DNA of 54,128 nucleotides from contig CAYOML010000006.1 in the NCBI GenBank assembly GCA_964405095.1, positions 1 to 54,128 of the forward strand, given 5' to 3'. The notes beneath the pieces were generated by a model, which saw only the letters and a program-made list of their open reading frames with translations, ran no database searches and was not told where the DNA came from. Position 1 is the first letter of the stretch; each line of letters begins with the position of its first letter. Position numbers and translations under genes: made by a program. Origin of the DNA: an uncultured Candidatus Saccharibacteria bacterium. Lineage in GTDB: Bacteria > Patescibacteriota > Saccharimonadia > Saccharimonadales > EFPC-124. Shown in pieces: positions 34,482-43,596 of this stretch.

Positions 34482-35129
34482 ACTGCTGGCTTCGGTCGGG
34501 TCGTACTCAACCTTGTAATCAGACAAGTTAATATTGTTTTGGCTGAGCCACTGTTTAGCTTCTTCTTTAAAGTCACGCAGTTGTTGGTTGTAAACGTCCG
34601 TGTTTGACTTGAGTGCATAGGGATAGAGAGTGATTTTGAAGCTTAGCGTACTGTCGGCACCAAGGCCATAGTCAACGCGGAAGTCCAGCGATTCATGCGG
34701 TAGCTGGTTGAGAATTGGGTATTTCTTATTCAATTCTTCTTGTTTAGCTACTGCATCGGCAGCTCCGGCTTTTTCGCGCAGCTCTTGTATCTCGGGGTGC
34801 GCCTCGAGGTACTTGAGGGCTGCCTCGGACTCTGGTCTGGGCATCATGTAGATGATCTGGTTCGATTTAAGATCGTTGGTATGAACAGTTTTAGTGACAT
34901 CGGCAAAATCGGTCCTGGCGACCTTAAGTTCATGGCTGCCGGTATTCAGAAAAATTCTTCCCGGGGCCGTCGGCTTCCCATCGATTGTCAGTGTCGAATC
35001 TTCCGGTATGAGCACAATTTTAACGGCGACTGTTCCAGGTGGTTGGTAGACAAATAGCAGCCACAAGACTAGAAGCACTAAGCCGATGCCACCGCCGATA
35101 ATGAGGGCTAGTTTTCGATTTCGACTCAT
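34476..35129 (-). CDS. Membrane-anchored protein with a PEGA-like beta domain; last gene of the T4SS-like operon
   Basis: N-terminal anchor LALIIGGGIGLVLLVLWLLFV, then VKIVLIPEDSTLTIDGKPTAPGRIFLNTGSHELKVARTDF (PEGA-like). Confidence 0.45.
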   Translation of the reverse strand: MSRNRKLALIIGGGIGLVLLVLWLLFVYQPPGTVAVKIVLIPEDSTLTIDGKPTAPGRIFLNTGSHELKVARTDFADVTKTVHTNDLKSNQIIYMMPRPESEAALKYLEAHPEIQELREKAGAADAVAKQEELNKKYPILNQLPHESLDFRVDYGLGADSTLSFKITLYPYALKSNTDVYNQQLRDFKEEAKQWLSQNNINLSDYKVEYDPTEASSL

Positions 35130-35151
35130 ACGCGTTCCCCTCGTAGTTTTA

Positions 35152-36444
35152 TCATTTCAACCTGTACCATGTCTCACCAATATCGTAGGCATTGCTGGCC
35201 ATTGGTGCCCGTTCTTCAAACGATGCCGAGGCAGAATTGCGGCTAAAGCCATCGTTGGCACCAACATACATGTAGGTGTGAGTCATGCCGGAGTTGATCC
35301 ATATATCTCCACCATGAAGGGTGTCTGTAGTCTTAACACCGGTAATCTTGATATACTTTCCAGCCTTTACCTGGTCCTCTAGGTATCGGTGCTGCTCTGT
35401 AACACGGCCCTGATACTTGTTGTATTCGGGGTCGGCCTTGCTATCCCGCATAACTCTTGTTACAAAGCCACCACAATCAACTCCCGGGTATGCGCCTCCG
35501 CCTATATATTCGCAGCCCGGAGTGCCTGTAGGGTAGCAACCAGGGGGATGCGCGGTATTGAGCGCTTGGGCATAGGCTGGTTTTAGGGCTCGGGCGTAAG
35601 TAGCATTGACATCCGGGTCGCGGTATTTTGGCCAGGAGTAGTTGATTGCTGTTTTGACAGCATCTCCGAGAACCGCGCTGCCTGTGCATAGGCCGGCAGC
35701 CGCGCCGCTGGTTGGTCCACCTAGTAGGACATAGATTGTGAAGGCACCAAAGCGTTTGTCTATCCCATCCAGACCGCCAAAGTCTTTGGTTATGATCTTC
35801 ATGTCGGTGTGGGCTGCATCGTAACGGCTCATGACATACGGCGAGCCTTCGTAAGGTTGTTTTACCGGGTCAAAGCCCAGGGAAGCAGCCTGATCGACGT
35901 AGACGCCCGCTCGCCCGTTGTAGCCAAACAAGGCGTCTTTAATAAGTTCGCTATCTATAGCTGCGGCGTTAATGTTCTTGCCGAATATGCCAGCCACAGC
36001 CTTAGATTGAAGTTCCTTACCGGCAATGATCACCGACTCTTCAAAGGTTGAAGGGTAGCCATATCTGGCATAACTGGTGGACGCTTGCTTATATGGCCCG
36101 CCGATCGGGTTACCGGCTTGCAAGTCCTTGGATGTATTCATGTTGCTTTCACGGTAGTGGATGCCGGCAAGCACCTCCCATGGCAGGTTGGTTTTACGCG
36201 CCGCCGACTCGTAAATCGACTTGTTCTTGTTTACGGCATCGATAAAGTCTTTTGGCAGTGACGCGTCGACGGTTCCGAGGGTACCGGCAGCGCATGTATC
36301 GCCAGGGATGTAATATGGTATGCCATTGCTGATGAGTTCTTCCAGGCCCTCGGCGTAAACAGGTATTATGGGTTGCAAACTCAAAACGAGAATTGACAGT
36401 ATTAAGACCGAGAACCGCCGTAAGTTTTTAAGGTTGTTTTTCAT
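35152..36444 (-). CDS. Secreted bifunctional cell-wall hydrolase (lysozyme/transglycosylase-like N-domain plus NlpC/P60- or CHAP-like C-domain), CwlT/PrgK-type
   Basis: Start set at ATG 36444 (MKNNLKNLRRFSVLILSILVLSL signal peptide). LPWEVLAGIHYRESNMN is a glycosidase-like Glu motif. VDCGGFVTRVM plus THTYMYVG is a Cys/His peptidase pattern. Overlaps the upstream gene by 17 nt. Confidence 0.55.
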   Translation of the reverse strand: MKNNLKNLRRFSVLILSILVLSLQPIIPVYAEGLEELISNGIPYYIPGDTCAAGTLGTVDASLPKDFIDAVNKNKSIYESAARKTNLPWEVLAGIHYRESNMNTSKDLQAGNPIGGPYKQASTSYARYGYPSTFEESVIIAGKELQSKAVAGIFGKNINAAAIDSELIKDALFGYNGRAGVYVDQAASLGFDPVKQPYEGSPYVMSRYDAAHTDMKIITKDFGGLDGIDKRFGAFTIYVLLGGPTSGAAAGLCTGSAVLGDAVKTAINYSWPKYRDPDVNATYARALKPAYAQALNTAHPPGCYPTGTPGCEYIGGGAYPGVDCGGFVTRVMRDSKADPEYNKYQGRVTEQHRYLEDQVKAGKYIKITGVKTTDTLHGGDIWINSGMTHTYMYVGANDGFSRNSASASFEERAPMASNAYDIGETWYRLK

Positions 36445-38983
36445 GACTACTACCTTCCGGATTATGGGTGTATCTGGCGTATAGCGCATCAACCGTCGAG
36501 AAGTCGGCGGTGCATATATTTGTCTGACCCGTCGGGGTAGTCTTACAATCGCCTGAGTCATCAAATAACTCTGGCGACAGAGGTGTTGTTTGCAGTGTCT
36601 GCAGAGGTATGCCCATGTGTTCGATCCCATCGATTGCCGAACTATCGGCACTGGCAGCCATTGCTGGTTGGGCGGCCATGGCTGCAATGCTCCTGGGGGT
36701 AGACCAAACTGCCGCGAATATCCCCTGAATGGCTGTGGCCAGATTGTCGCCAACACTAACAGCCACAGGTGATTTGAGTGCGGCGACGTTAATAAACGAA
36801 CCTGGTTGCATGCGATCGAACAAGCGTTTTTCGAGTGGTAAGTTAGCAACAGTGGCAGCGTTGCTACTTTGGCTGGCATATTTAAGCTCATTCTCCTGGG
36901 CCAGCGTGACTGGGCCACAGCCAAAGCGTGCACAGGCAAAGTTAGCCAGGGCATGGGCGCCAGTTCCCATACAGTTAAAGAAGTTAAAATTCTTTTCGGC
37001 GGGGTCGCAGATGGGCAGGAGTACTTTAGACGGTAACTTAAAGATGTTGTCGATATAGTCACCTAGCGCGGTGTTCTTAAGAGCGCCGAAAAACCTGGTA
37101 GAGAAAAAAGTAGCTAATGGTTGAGATGCGAAGACCATAATGACTGGTTCAGCAATCGAACGTATTTTGTACCATATTTCCATCGCCAATTTGAGTGGCG
37201 CAAATGCAATAAGCGACGCAAAGGATTTAAAGTAGGTTGACATTGGATTGGGCAACATACTGTTAACCTTCTCGTCCTCACCCATCGGCTTGCCGCGACT
37301 AGTATCGTCGTAGGCCACATAGTTGTAAGCCTGTGATTCTTCTATGTTGGCGTAGTTCCTAAAAATGAGCGAACTGCTTGGAGAGCTAGCGTCACCAGCA
37401 CCACTTTGGTTTACAGCGCTCAGGTTCCACAAGAAGAGTGCCCCAGCTTGTTTGCTGCGCAGGTCAGAAGTTACGTGGCTGTAAGCCGGGTCATCTTTCC
37501 CTTTGTAGATAGTCGTTGCCATGTCTAACCATCCAAGCATTACAATAGCTGGGCTGTTTTTAGAAAAGGCCTCGGTTATTTTTTGTCCTGCTGTGTCCCC
37601 TAGTTTTGATGTCGTGTAATTGTTCTCAGGCGTTATCGCCCCCATATTTTCATCGTAGGCTTTGTCGCTGGCGTTTTGGATCGACGATTCCGTTTTATCT
37701 TGGTATGCAGACTCGGCCGTCACACTGGCCGTCACGCTCGAATCTTGTGAGCAACCCTGGCCCGACAAGAAGCAGCTTAACGCCCAATGCAGACCATCAA
37801 TGCCAGGTCTCAGAATGGTCCCTATCTGTGATTTGACAACGTCGGTTAATTGCTCTGGTGACGTAGCATCCTCGGCACCAGGGATGGCCAGGCCCGGTAT
37901 ACTAAATGCTGCCTTGGCTGGCCGGCCAATTTGAGTGTGTTGCGCCCAATCCCATCCCCTCATCTCCTCATCCATTAGGCGTCTGAGGTCGGTGAATTTA
38001 TCGCGCAGAATCTTTTCGGCTTGAGCAGCATCATGGACTGTACCTAGGTCATTGCCGTTTTGCACAATTTGTACACCACCACCCGCACCGTTCGATCGGA
38101 ACTCCAAGCCAAAATTCTTTTTAATACGCTGCTCGAAACCATCTTTTTTCATGGCGTCGTAAAGTAATTTAAGTGACCCGTTTGTCACTGGGCCATCTGT
38201 GGTTACGCCCAGCACGTGCCCCGAGCTAGATTCGACTGCCGCCACATCCGCTGATTGGCCAGCGTCGCTAACTGCCGAGGCACCGCCGGTCACAAAACGC
38301 GACAATATAGATATGCCGCGGTTGTCGACAATCTGCTGAACTGGCGCCAGATACTTAGTGGCGGCCGAAAGGGTCGAAGCAATAGGTCGCAGGGCGTTTA
38401 AGAACAGCAATCCTCCAACTACAACGGTCAAAACACCAATAAAAGCTACGACTGCGACTTGGACTTTGTGTTTTAGAGCATAAGCTCCGACTAGAGCTAA
38501 CCCGGCTACTGCAGCACCAACGACAGCACCAGCACCGGCAGTTTCGGGGGCAGTTGCAGCACCCGCTGCGCCAGCCGCGCCAGCAATGCCAGTGGCACCG
38601 GCTGTGCCTGCGGCACCAGCTGCACCGGCTCCAGCTGCGCCAGCGGCGGCGGCACCTTCGGCACCAGCTGCTCCAGCTCCAGCCGCAGCTCCTGTGGCGC
38701 CTGTACCGGCTCCTGCTCCTAAGCCACTCTGAGCAGCTGATTCCCCGAGTTGCTGGCCGCCCCTTTTGGCACCTTCTCTAACCGCGCCTTTCGCGTGTTC
38801 CTTGGCTTTGCCTACGGCGTGCTCAACAGCCTGGTCCCTAAGAGTTTTTTCTGCTTCTTCTTGGGGCTTATGCTCAATCTCATGCTCGACTTCGTGTTCC
38901 ATTCCGTGCCCCGCATCAAAATGGGGGTGGGGATGTTCTTCTTGATCGCGCAAATGTTCTAAGGGGTCGTGTTGGTCAGGCAT
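36428..38983 (-). CDS. Large T4SS-associated membrane protein: His/Glu-rich N-terminus, Ala/Gly low-complexity tract, two TM helices, ~640-aa extracytoplasmic region
   Basis: 851 aa; HPHPHFDAGHGMEHEVEHEIEH; GAGAGTGATGAAAGAGAAGAEGAAAAGAAGAGAAGAAG...; TM segments AVVGAAVAGLALVGAYAL and VAVVAFIGVLTVVVGGLLFL. I recognise no family. Confidence 0.5.
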   Translation of the reverse strand: MPDQHDPLEHLRDQEEHPHPHFDAGHGMEHEVEHEIEHKPQEEAEKTLRDQAVEHAVGKAKEHAKGAVREGAKRGGQQLGESAAQSGLGAGAGTGATGAAAGAGAAGAEGAAAAGAAGAGAAGAAGTAGATGIAGAAGAAGAATAPETAGAGAVVGAAVAGLALVGAYALKHKVQVAVVAFIGVLTVVVGGLLFLNALRPIASTLSAATKYLAPVQQIVDNRGISILSRFVTGGASAVSDAGQSADVAAVESSSGHVLGVTTDGPVTNGSLKLLYDAMKKDGFEQRIKKNFGLEFRSNGAGGGVQIVQNGNDLGTVHDAAQAEKILRDKFTDLRRLMDEEMRGWDWAQHTQIGRPAKAAFSIPGLAIPGAEDATSPEQLTDVVKSQIGTILRPGIDGLHWALSCFLSGQGCSQDSSVTASVTAESAYQDKTESSIQNASDKAYDENMGAITPENNYTTSKLGDTAGQKITEAFSKNSPAIVMLGWLDMATTIYKGKDDPAYSHVTSDLRSKQAGALFLWNLSAVNQSGAGDASSPSSSLIFRNYANIEESQAYNYVAYDDTSRGKPMGEDEKVNSMLPNPMSTYFKSFASLIAFAPLKLAMEIWYKIRSIAEPVIMVFASQPLATFFSTRFFGALKNTALGDYIDNIFKLPSKVLLPICDPAEKNFNFFNCMGTGAHALANFACARFGCGPVTLAQENELKYASQSSNAATVANLPLEKRLFDRMQPGSFINVAALKSPVAVSVGDNLATAIQGIFAAVWSTPRSIAAMAAQPAMAASADSSAIDGIEHMGIPLQTLQTTPLSPELFDDSGDCKTTPTGQTNICTADFSTVDALYARYTHNPEGSSHEKQP

Positions 38984-38991
38984 AGTTTTCC

Positions 38992-40872
38992 CTAAGTTAT
39001 TGGCCCTTGCTCGTTAGTTTGCTGCTGGGAGTTAAAAAGCGTCTGTATTTGTTGTATCTGTTGGGGGTTGGTCGTGATAAGTGATGTCTCTGTAGGGCTG
39101 GCAATGACTTGGATGTGTACGTGATTAGAGCCAGCAAAAAACAATCCTTGGCCCACCGGGAACTGTGCCAGACGTTTTTTCTCCTCTTCGGTCAGTTTGA
39201 AAACGTCGGCTAGAACATCTACTGCCGAGGTAGATTGCTTAAGTAGCATCTGCATACTGGCGTTAGCCACAATCGCCCGCCCCATTTTGCTGCCCATAAA
39301 GTCTTCTACATCCTGAGTGATAGCCGTTAGTCCCAAGAAGTATTTGCGCGCCCGTTTGGCTAGGCTGAATAAAAAGTTGGCTGAATCATCATATTTCATA
39401 AGCTGCCATGCCTCGTCGACGATTAACAAGCGTTTTTTCTGTTCGCTGCGTGTCTTATTCCAAATATAGCTCAACACAATGTACATGGCTACAGGCCGCA
39501 GTTCGTCCTCGAGGTCGCGGATGCTAAACACCACCATCTTATTGTTTATGTTGACGTTAGATTGTTGGCTAAAGATGCCTGCAAAGGTGCCTGTTGTGTA
39601 TTTGCGCAGTCGCTGGGCTAGCTGCGGGCCGCTGCCACCCATGTGCAGCAAAGTCTCGTACAGGTCACCGATGGTTGGCGGCGGGCTGTTATGAGTTAAC
39701 GGGTCGCTGGTAATCCCGGCTCGGGCGTAGGTGTCGATTAAGGCTTGGTCGAGGTCGGCCTCTTCGGCTGGGTTGAGGGCCGGCAGTGACACGCCACCGG
39801 GCAGCATCTGAGCGCCACCCATCATTAGGCGCAGCAGCCCATGCAGAGTAATTAGGTTGGCACGCAAGGCGTCCTGGGCTTCGTCGTTTTCGATCACCCG
39901 TGGCAGATCAAAGGGGTTAATGCGGGTTGCGGAATTAAGACTGAGGGCAATGTAGGTGCCGCCAACTGCGTCGCATAACCGCTGATACTCGTTTTCTGGG
40001 TCTACAATAATAATTTCGGCGCCCATCATCATGCTGCGCATGGCTTCAAGTTTGACGGTAAACGATTTACCGGCACCAGATTTAGCAAAAACCACCATGT
40101 TGGCATTTTCTAGCGAGAACCGGTCGAATATTACCAGCCCGTTGTTGTGCATGTTAATGCCATACAAAACACCCTTCTCTTGCGTCAGATCGGCACTGGT
40201 AAATGGAAAACTGGTGCTCAGCGCGCCGGTGTTCATATTGTGCCTTATTTGCAACTGGTCACTGAGTTGTGGAATGGTGCTGTTTAGCCCCTGTTCCATC
40301 TGGCTGGAGGCGACTTTGCTGAACACTAACTGCTGCCCAAGAATAGTTTCGATCTTATGTTGTATAAATTGCAACTCGTCGAGGCTATCGGCATACATCG
40401 TAATATATAGGCCAAATCGGAAGAAACGTTCGGCGCCAACCTGCAACTTATCGCGCAGCTCCTCGGCATCCTGGATGGCAGCTTCCAACCCGGGGTCACG
40501 TACCTTACCCCGTTCGGAATTAATCGAGATGCTAGCCTCTAGCTGCCCGACTTTTTTACGCAGGTTATTGAGCACCACCTGGCTCTCAACCGGATAAATA
40601 AACATATTAACGTCGATGACTTCATCGATGTTAATAATTGGGCTCAGCCAACCAGTGTAAATCTGCCTTGGGTAGCCGTAAACGTACATTGTCCGGGCGT
40701 ACCTAGTACCAAGCCGGAAATAGCCAGCCTGAATTTCCAGCGAACTGGGCGCGATCACATCGCGCAGCGTGGTAATGCCCTTTAAGAACTCCTGCTCAAT
40801 CTCTTGCTGCTCACGCTGGCGCTGAGCCTGGGCTATATCAACCGGATCAACCTTTTTCTTGCCGAACGCCAT
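38992..40872 (-). CDS. virB4: VirB4-family T4SS ATPase (middle and ATPase domains)
   Basis: Walker A VVFAKSGAGKSFTVKLE, Walker B RLLIVDEAWQLM. The N-terminal part DVIAPSSLEIQAGYFRLGTRYARTMYVYGYPRQIYTGWL is typical of Gram-positive VirB4 homologs. Confidence 0.85.
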   Translation of the reverse strand: MAFGKKKVDPVDIAQAQRQREQQEIEQEFLKGITTLRDVIAPSSLEIQAGYFRLGTRYARTMYVYGYPRQIYTGWLSPIINIDEVIDVNMFIYPVESQVVLNNLRKKVGQLEASISINSERGKVRDPGLEAAIQDAEELRDKLQVGAERFFRFGLYITMYADSLDELQFIQHKIETILGQQLVFSKVASSQMEQGLNSTIPQLSDQLQIRHNMNTGALSTSFPFTSADLTQEKGVLYGINMHNNGLVIFDRFSLENANMVVFAKSGAGKSFTVKLEAMRSMMMGAEIIIVDPENEYQRLCDAVGGTYIALSLNSATRINPFDLPRVIENDEAQDALRANLITLHGLLRLMMGGAQMLPGGVSLPALNPAEEADLDQALIDTYARAGITSDPLTHNSPPPTIGDLYETLLHMGGSGPQLAQRLRKYTTGTFAGIFSQQSNVNINNKMVVFSIRDLEDELRPVAMYIVLSYIWNKTRSEQKKRLLIVDEAWQLMKYDDSANFLFSLAKRARKYFLGLTAITQDVEDFMGSKMGRAIVANASMQMLLKQSTSAVDVLADVFKLTEEEKKRLAQFPVGQGLFFAGSNHVHIQVIASPTETSLITTNPQQIQQIQTLFNSQQQTNEQGPIT

Positions 40873-40873
40873 G

Positions 40874-41812
40874 CTAGATGAGCTCCTTATCCAGATGTGG
40901 TTGAGGGGCTTTGCCCTCGCCCTTGGTGGTGACGGGTGCCGCTAGATCCTCAAAATTACCTAACGGTTCGCGCACCGCGGTATCCGGGTTGTAAACATTG
41001 TAATAGAGCTCTCCTAGCTCCTTGGTAGCCAGCTGTGCACAGCGGATCCCGATCTGTAACAAACCATTAGTAACCGCACCGACGCGGTTAGTCAGTTCAC
41101 TCTTGGCTTTGGTAAAAGTTGCCTCGTCGATGCGGATATGCTGTTGTTTTTGCGGTGCAAACAGATTGGCCAGGAAATTTTTGCTGCTATTAACGGCCGT
41201 CGACATATCCCCCGCCGGATAGTACGGGATTACGATAAAGAAGCTCTTTTCCATAATATTAGTCTCTTGAGCCAAGACCGATATAAAGCTTATGTAGTCG
41301 TCCATTAACACACCGAGAAGCATGTTGTCTTGGTCGCGGCGGATCTTGTCTAGGCGATCCAGGTAAGGTCCGATGTCGACTTTTTGCGAACGAATAAATA
41401 TTTGTACCGGAAAATACAGCGAGTTAAGAAACTGTTGGTACGAATATTCCACAGCTTCTTGCTCCCGCTCGCTCATAAGATCGAAATTTATCGAACGGCA
41501 GGCCACTATAGCGCGCATAGTGCCATCATTCATAACTACTAAATTATCGCGAATTTCAGAAATAATCAGTGCATTTTGGGTGCTGTTTGGGTTGCCGCGA
41601 ACTGGCGGGTTGTCTGACTTAGCCTGGACATTGCCAGCGACGGTCCTGCCAGCAATTGGGCTAGTCAAAGGGTTGGGGACGGGGTTGACCGGTATGTTGC
41701 CAAGCGGTGGCAGTGGTATCTGCGGCTGACCACCAAAAGCACCCCCGGCTGCCTGCGGGTCGACTGGTTGCTGATTAGCGTTTTGGTTGTCGTATGGAGG
41801 CATGTTACCCAC
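40874..41812 (-). CDS. Separate ORF resembling the N-terminal domain of Gram-positive-type VirB4, preceded by a Pro/Gln/Asn-rich segment
   Basis: IISEIRDNLVVMNDGTMRAIVACRSINFDLMSEREQEAVEYSYQQFLNSLYFPVQIFIRSQKVD ... ELGELYYNVYNP resembles, from memory, the first ~200 aa of TcpF/ConE/PrgJ-type ATPases. Stop TAG 40874-40876 lies 1 nt from the virB4 ATG. Confidence 0.5.
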   Translation of the reverse strand: MGNMPPYDNQNANQQPVDPQAAGGAFGGQPQIPLPPLGNIPVNPVPNPLTSPIAGRTVAGNVQAKSDNPPVRGNPNSTQNALIISEIRDNLVVMNDGTMRAIVACRSINFDLMSEREQEAVEYSYQQFLNSLYFPVQIFIRSQKVDIGPYLDRLDKIRRDQDNMLLGVLMDDYISFISVLAQETNIMEKSFFIVIPYYPAGDMSTAVNSSKNFLANLFAPQKQQHIRIDEATFTKAKSELTNRVGAVTNGLLQIGIRCAQLATKELGELYYNVYNPDTAVREPLGNFEDLAAPVTTKGEGKAPQPHLDKELI

Positions 41813-41845
41813 CCCCCTGGGTAGTGTGTGTTGTCTCAGGTGACC

Positions 41846-42754
41846 TTAACGTAGCTTGATCACCACTTCTTCTTCGCCGCCCAGCCTATGGGCCTCGTGA
41901 GCAATCGCGCTGATTGTCAAATCATCGTTGCTGGCTAGCCTGATTATATCAGGCGAAACTGCTTTCGGTACAGGCGGCGGCGCTGTGGGGGTTGGCGGGA
42001 TCACGGCTGCCGGCGCAGTAGCTTTAGCCGCCGGAGGTGGTACAGATTGTGCGGCTGGGGCAGCCTGGGCAGCGTGGCTGGCATCCATTGGCTGGATCAC
42101 CCTTTGGTGCATCGAAGCCGGATATGGATTGAACTGCGGCACCGGACCATCGCCGCTAGGTTTAGCGGCGTGTTGCATCTGCGCCACAACGGTCTGTCGG
42201 CGTTCTTCATCCTTTTTGGCAATCATACCGGCGAGCGACTGCGACAGCGAGGCGCCCTCGTCGAAAACATCAACAGCACTTTGGGCTTCGGCCACAACAT
42301 CGGTAACTAGACTGGCACCGGGGGCTGCCGTGCCCTTTAAAGCCCAGCCACGGCTATCCATAACTCGTGCCAAATAATCGAGACGCTCGCTGGCCGCCTC
42401 TGCACCGTACTCTTTTGCCAGATTTTGTTGAACAAGTTTAGGTGCCACAATCTCGACATAACTAATGGTGCCGTCTGGATTCCAAAGCCGCATCTTGGGC
42501 TTAAGGTAAAACCGCGCCAGCGCCAGTAGGTAAGTTTCCATTGGCTGCTCTTTGCGTAGCGGCAGAGCCAAGACTATGAAGAACAATACTCCAGGCAGTG
42601 GGATTATAATCAGAAACAGCGAAATCTGCAGCAAAACATAGGCCACGAAACCCAAACCGGCGGCAATACCAAGATAAATAAACTGCCGGAACCCAAACGG
42701 CCCAACCAGTTTGTCCTCTGCCTCCACATCTTGTGGCACTGTGTACGCTGCCAT
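41846..42754 (-). CDS. PrgI-family (VirB3-like) T4SS membrane protein with an Ala/Pro-rich C-terminal half
   Basis: MAAYTVPQDVEAEDKLVGPFGFRQFIYLGIAAGLGFVAYVLLQISLFLIIIPLPGVLFFIVLAL matches the PrgI-family N-terminal pattern. Confidence 0.65.
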   Translation of the reverse strand: MAAYTVPQDVEAEDKLVGPFGFRQFIYLGIAAGLGFVAYVLLQISLFLIIIPLPGVLFFIVLALPLRKEQPMETYLLALARFYLKPKMRLWNPDGTISYVEIVAPKLVQQNLAKEYGAEAASERLDYLARVMDSRGWALKGTAAPGASLVTDVVAEAQSAVDVFDEGASLSQSLAGMIAKKDEERRQTVVAQMQHAAKPSGDGPVPQFNPYPASMHQRVIQPMDASHAAQAAPAAQSVPPPAAKATAPAAVIPPTPTAPPPVPKAVSPDIIRLASNDDLTISAIAHEAHRLGGEEEVVIKLR

Positions 42755-42872
42755 ATGGATAATTATAACCGGTATTGGTTATTTTGGCCTGCTTTTTAAG
42801 ATATGCACGAATTCGGTCACCCTCTTTTAGAGGACGTACCTCTACAGGTGTAAAAACGCGATAGTTTGAGTG

Positions 42873-43487
42873 CTAATGATCAGCCAGGTAGTGCTTAAGG
42901 TGCTCCATCGTCCTTTGTTGTTTTTCGTAATCAGCGACAAAGTCTAGATACTGACTGCTGCTCTCAAACATAGCCAGTATTTTTGCTGGGTGTAACCACT
43001 CGGGCCGATTACCATTCCTGTAGTAACGCAAGCTTGAGTAACGGTAAGTTTGCCAGAATCTTGGGTTAAGGTGAATATAGCGGCTGATGTGCTCTAAATA
43101 TGATTGTTCGTCAACCAAAACTGCCTTATAGCGACTCTCAAACAGCGGGCCGGTGCGTCTGTGGCGCAGGTTGAAGTAGCGACTATAGCTTGTCATAACA
43201 CTCCTCATAAGTTTTTCCATCGAACTAGCTCTGATTTGATACAAGAGTAGATGGAAATGGTTCTGCATCAAGCAATAAGCAAGCAGCTCGACCTGCCCCA
43301 AGTAATGTGGGTAAGGCGTACCTAAGCTGTCAAAAGCTGGATCTTTAGCTAGGTATCGCCCAAAAAGCCCCTCGAAGTGACGATAGTCCTGATTGTCTGC
43401 AAAGATTTTCTGCTTGTTCGCTCCCCTGGCGTAGATATGATAATAAGCAAGCTCGGCATTAGGCTTGAAAACATTCCGTGAAGGCAT
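42873..43487 (-). CDS. REP-associated tyrosine transposase-like protein (IS200/IS605 Y1 HUH family, COG1943 type)
   Basis: YHIYARGANKQKIF, AYCLMQNHFHLLLYQ (HUH = HFH), GPLFESRYKAVLV, RYIHLNP (catalytic Tyr region). Confidence 0.8.
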   Translation of the reverse strand: MPSRNVFKPNAELAYYHIYARGANKQKIFADNQDYRHFEGLFGRYLAKDPAFDSLGTPYPHYLGQVELLAYCLMQNHFHLLLYQIRASSMEKLMRSVMTSYSRYFNLRHRRTGPLFESRYKAVLVDEQSYLEHISRYIHLNPRFWQTYRYSSLRYYRNGNRPEWLHPAKILAMFESSSQYLDFVADYEKQQRTMEHLKHYLADH

Positions 43488-43511
43488 GCGCGTACTCTAC
43501 TACAACTTGGC

Positions 43512-43594
43512 TCAAAGTAGAACTAACAAGAAATAACAGTGGTAGAGGTACGTCCTCTTTGTGACGCTCTTTGTGACGACGTCCTCTTAGCCCC
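43512..43594 (+). repeat. REP-like unit B (long form, with internal tandem ctctttgtgacg duplication)
   Basis: tcaaagtagaactaacaagaaataacagtggtagaggtacgtcctctttgtgacgctctttgtgacgacgtcctcttagcccc; hairpin agagg-tacgt-cctct. Confidence 0.75.
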
Positions 43595-43596
43595 TG

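Larger units (their letters stand above)
42821..43594 (-). mobile_element. RAYT/IS200-like HUH transposase gene flanked by inverted REP-like hairpin motifs
   Basis: The 16-mer tagaggtacgtcctct occurs reverse-complemented at 42829-42844 and forward at 43543-43558, on either side of the transposase CDS. Confidence 0.55.

Noticed and set aside
36445-37062. N-terminal 206 codons of the track ORF 35152..37062 (636 aa).
   Set aside because: This part overlaps the 3' end of the 851-aa gene in another frame and translates to a Pro/Arg/Leu/Trp-rich sequence with no signal. A clean signal peptide begins at the internal ATG 36444, which I used as the start.
38506-38731. GC-rich, visibly repetitive DNA, considered as a tandem repeat or CRISPR-like array.
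   Set aside because: It has no fixed period and no repeat-spacer structure. It is in-frame Ala/Gly/Thr codons of the 851-aa protein. No cas genes or CRISPR-like arrays occur anywhere in the window.
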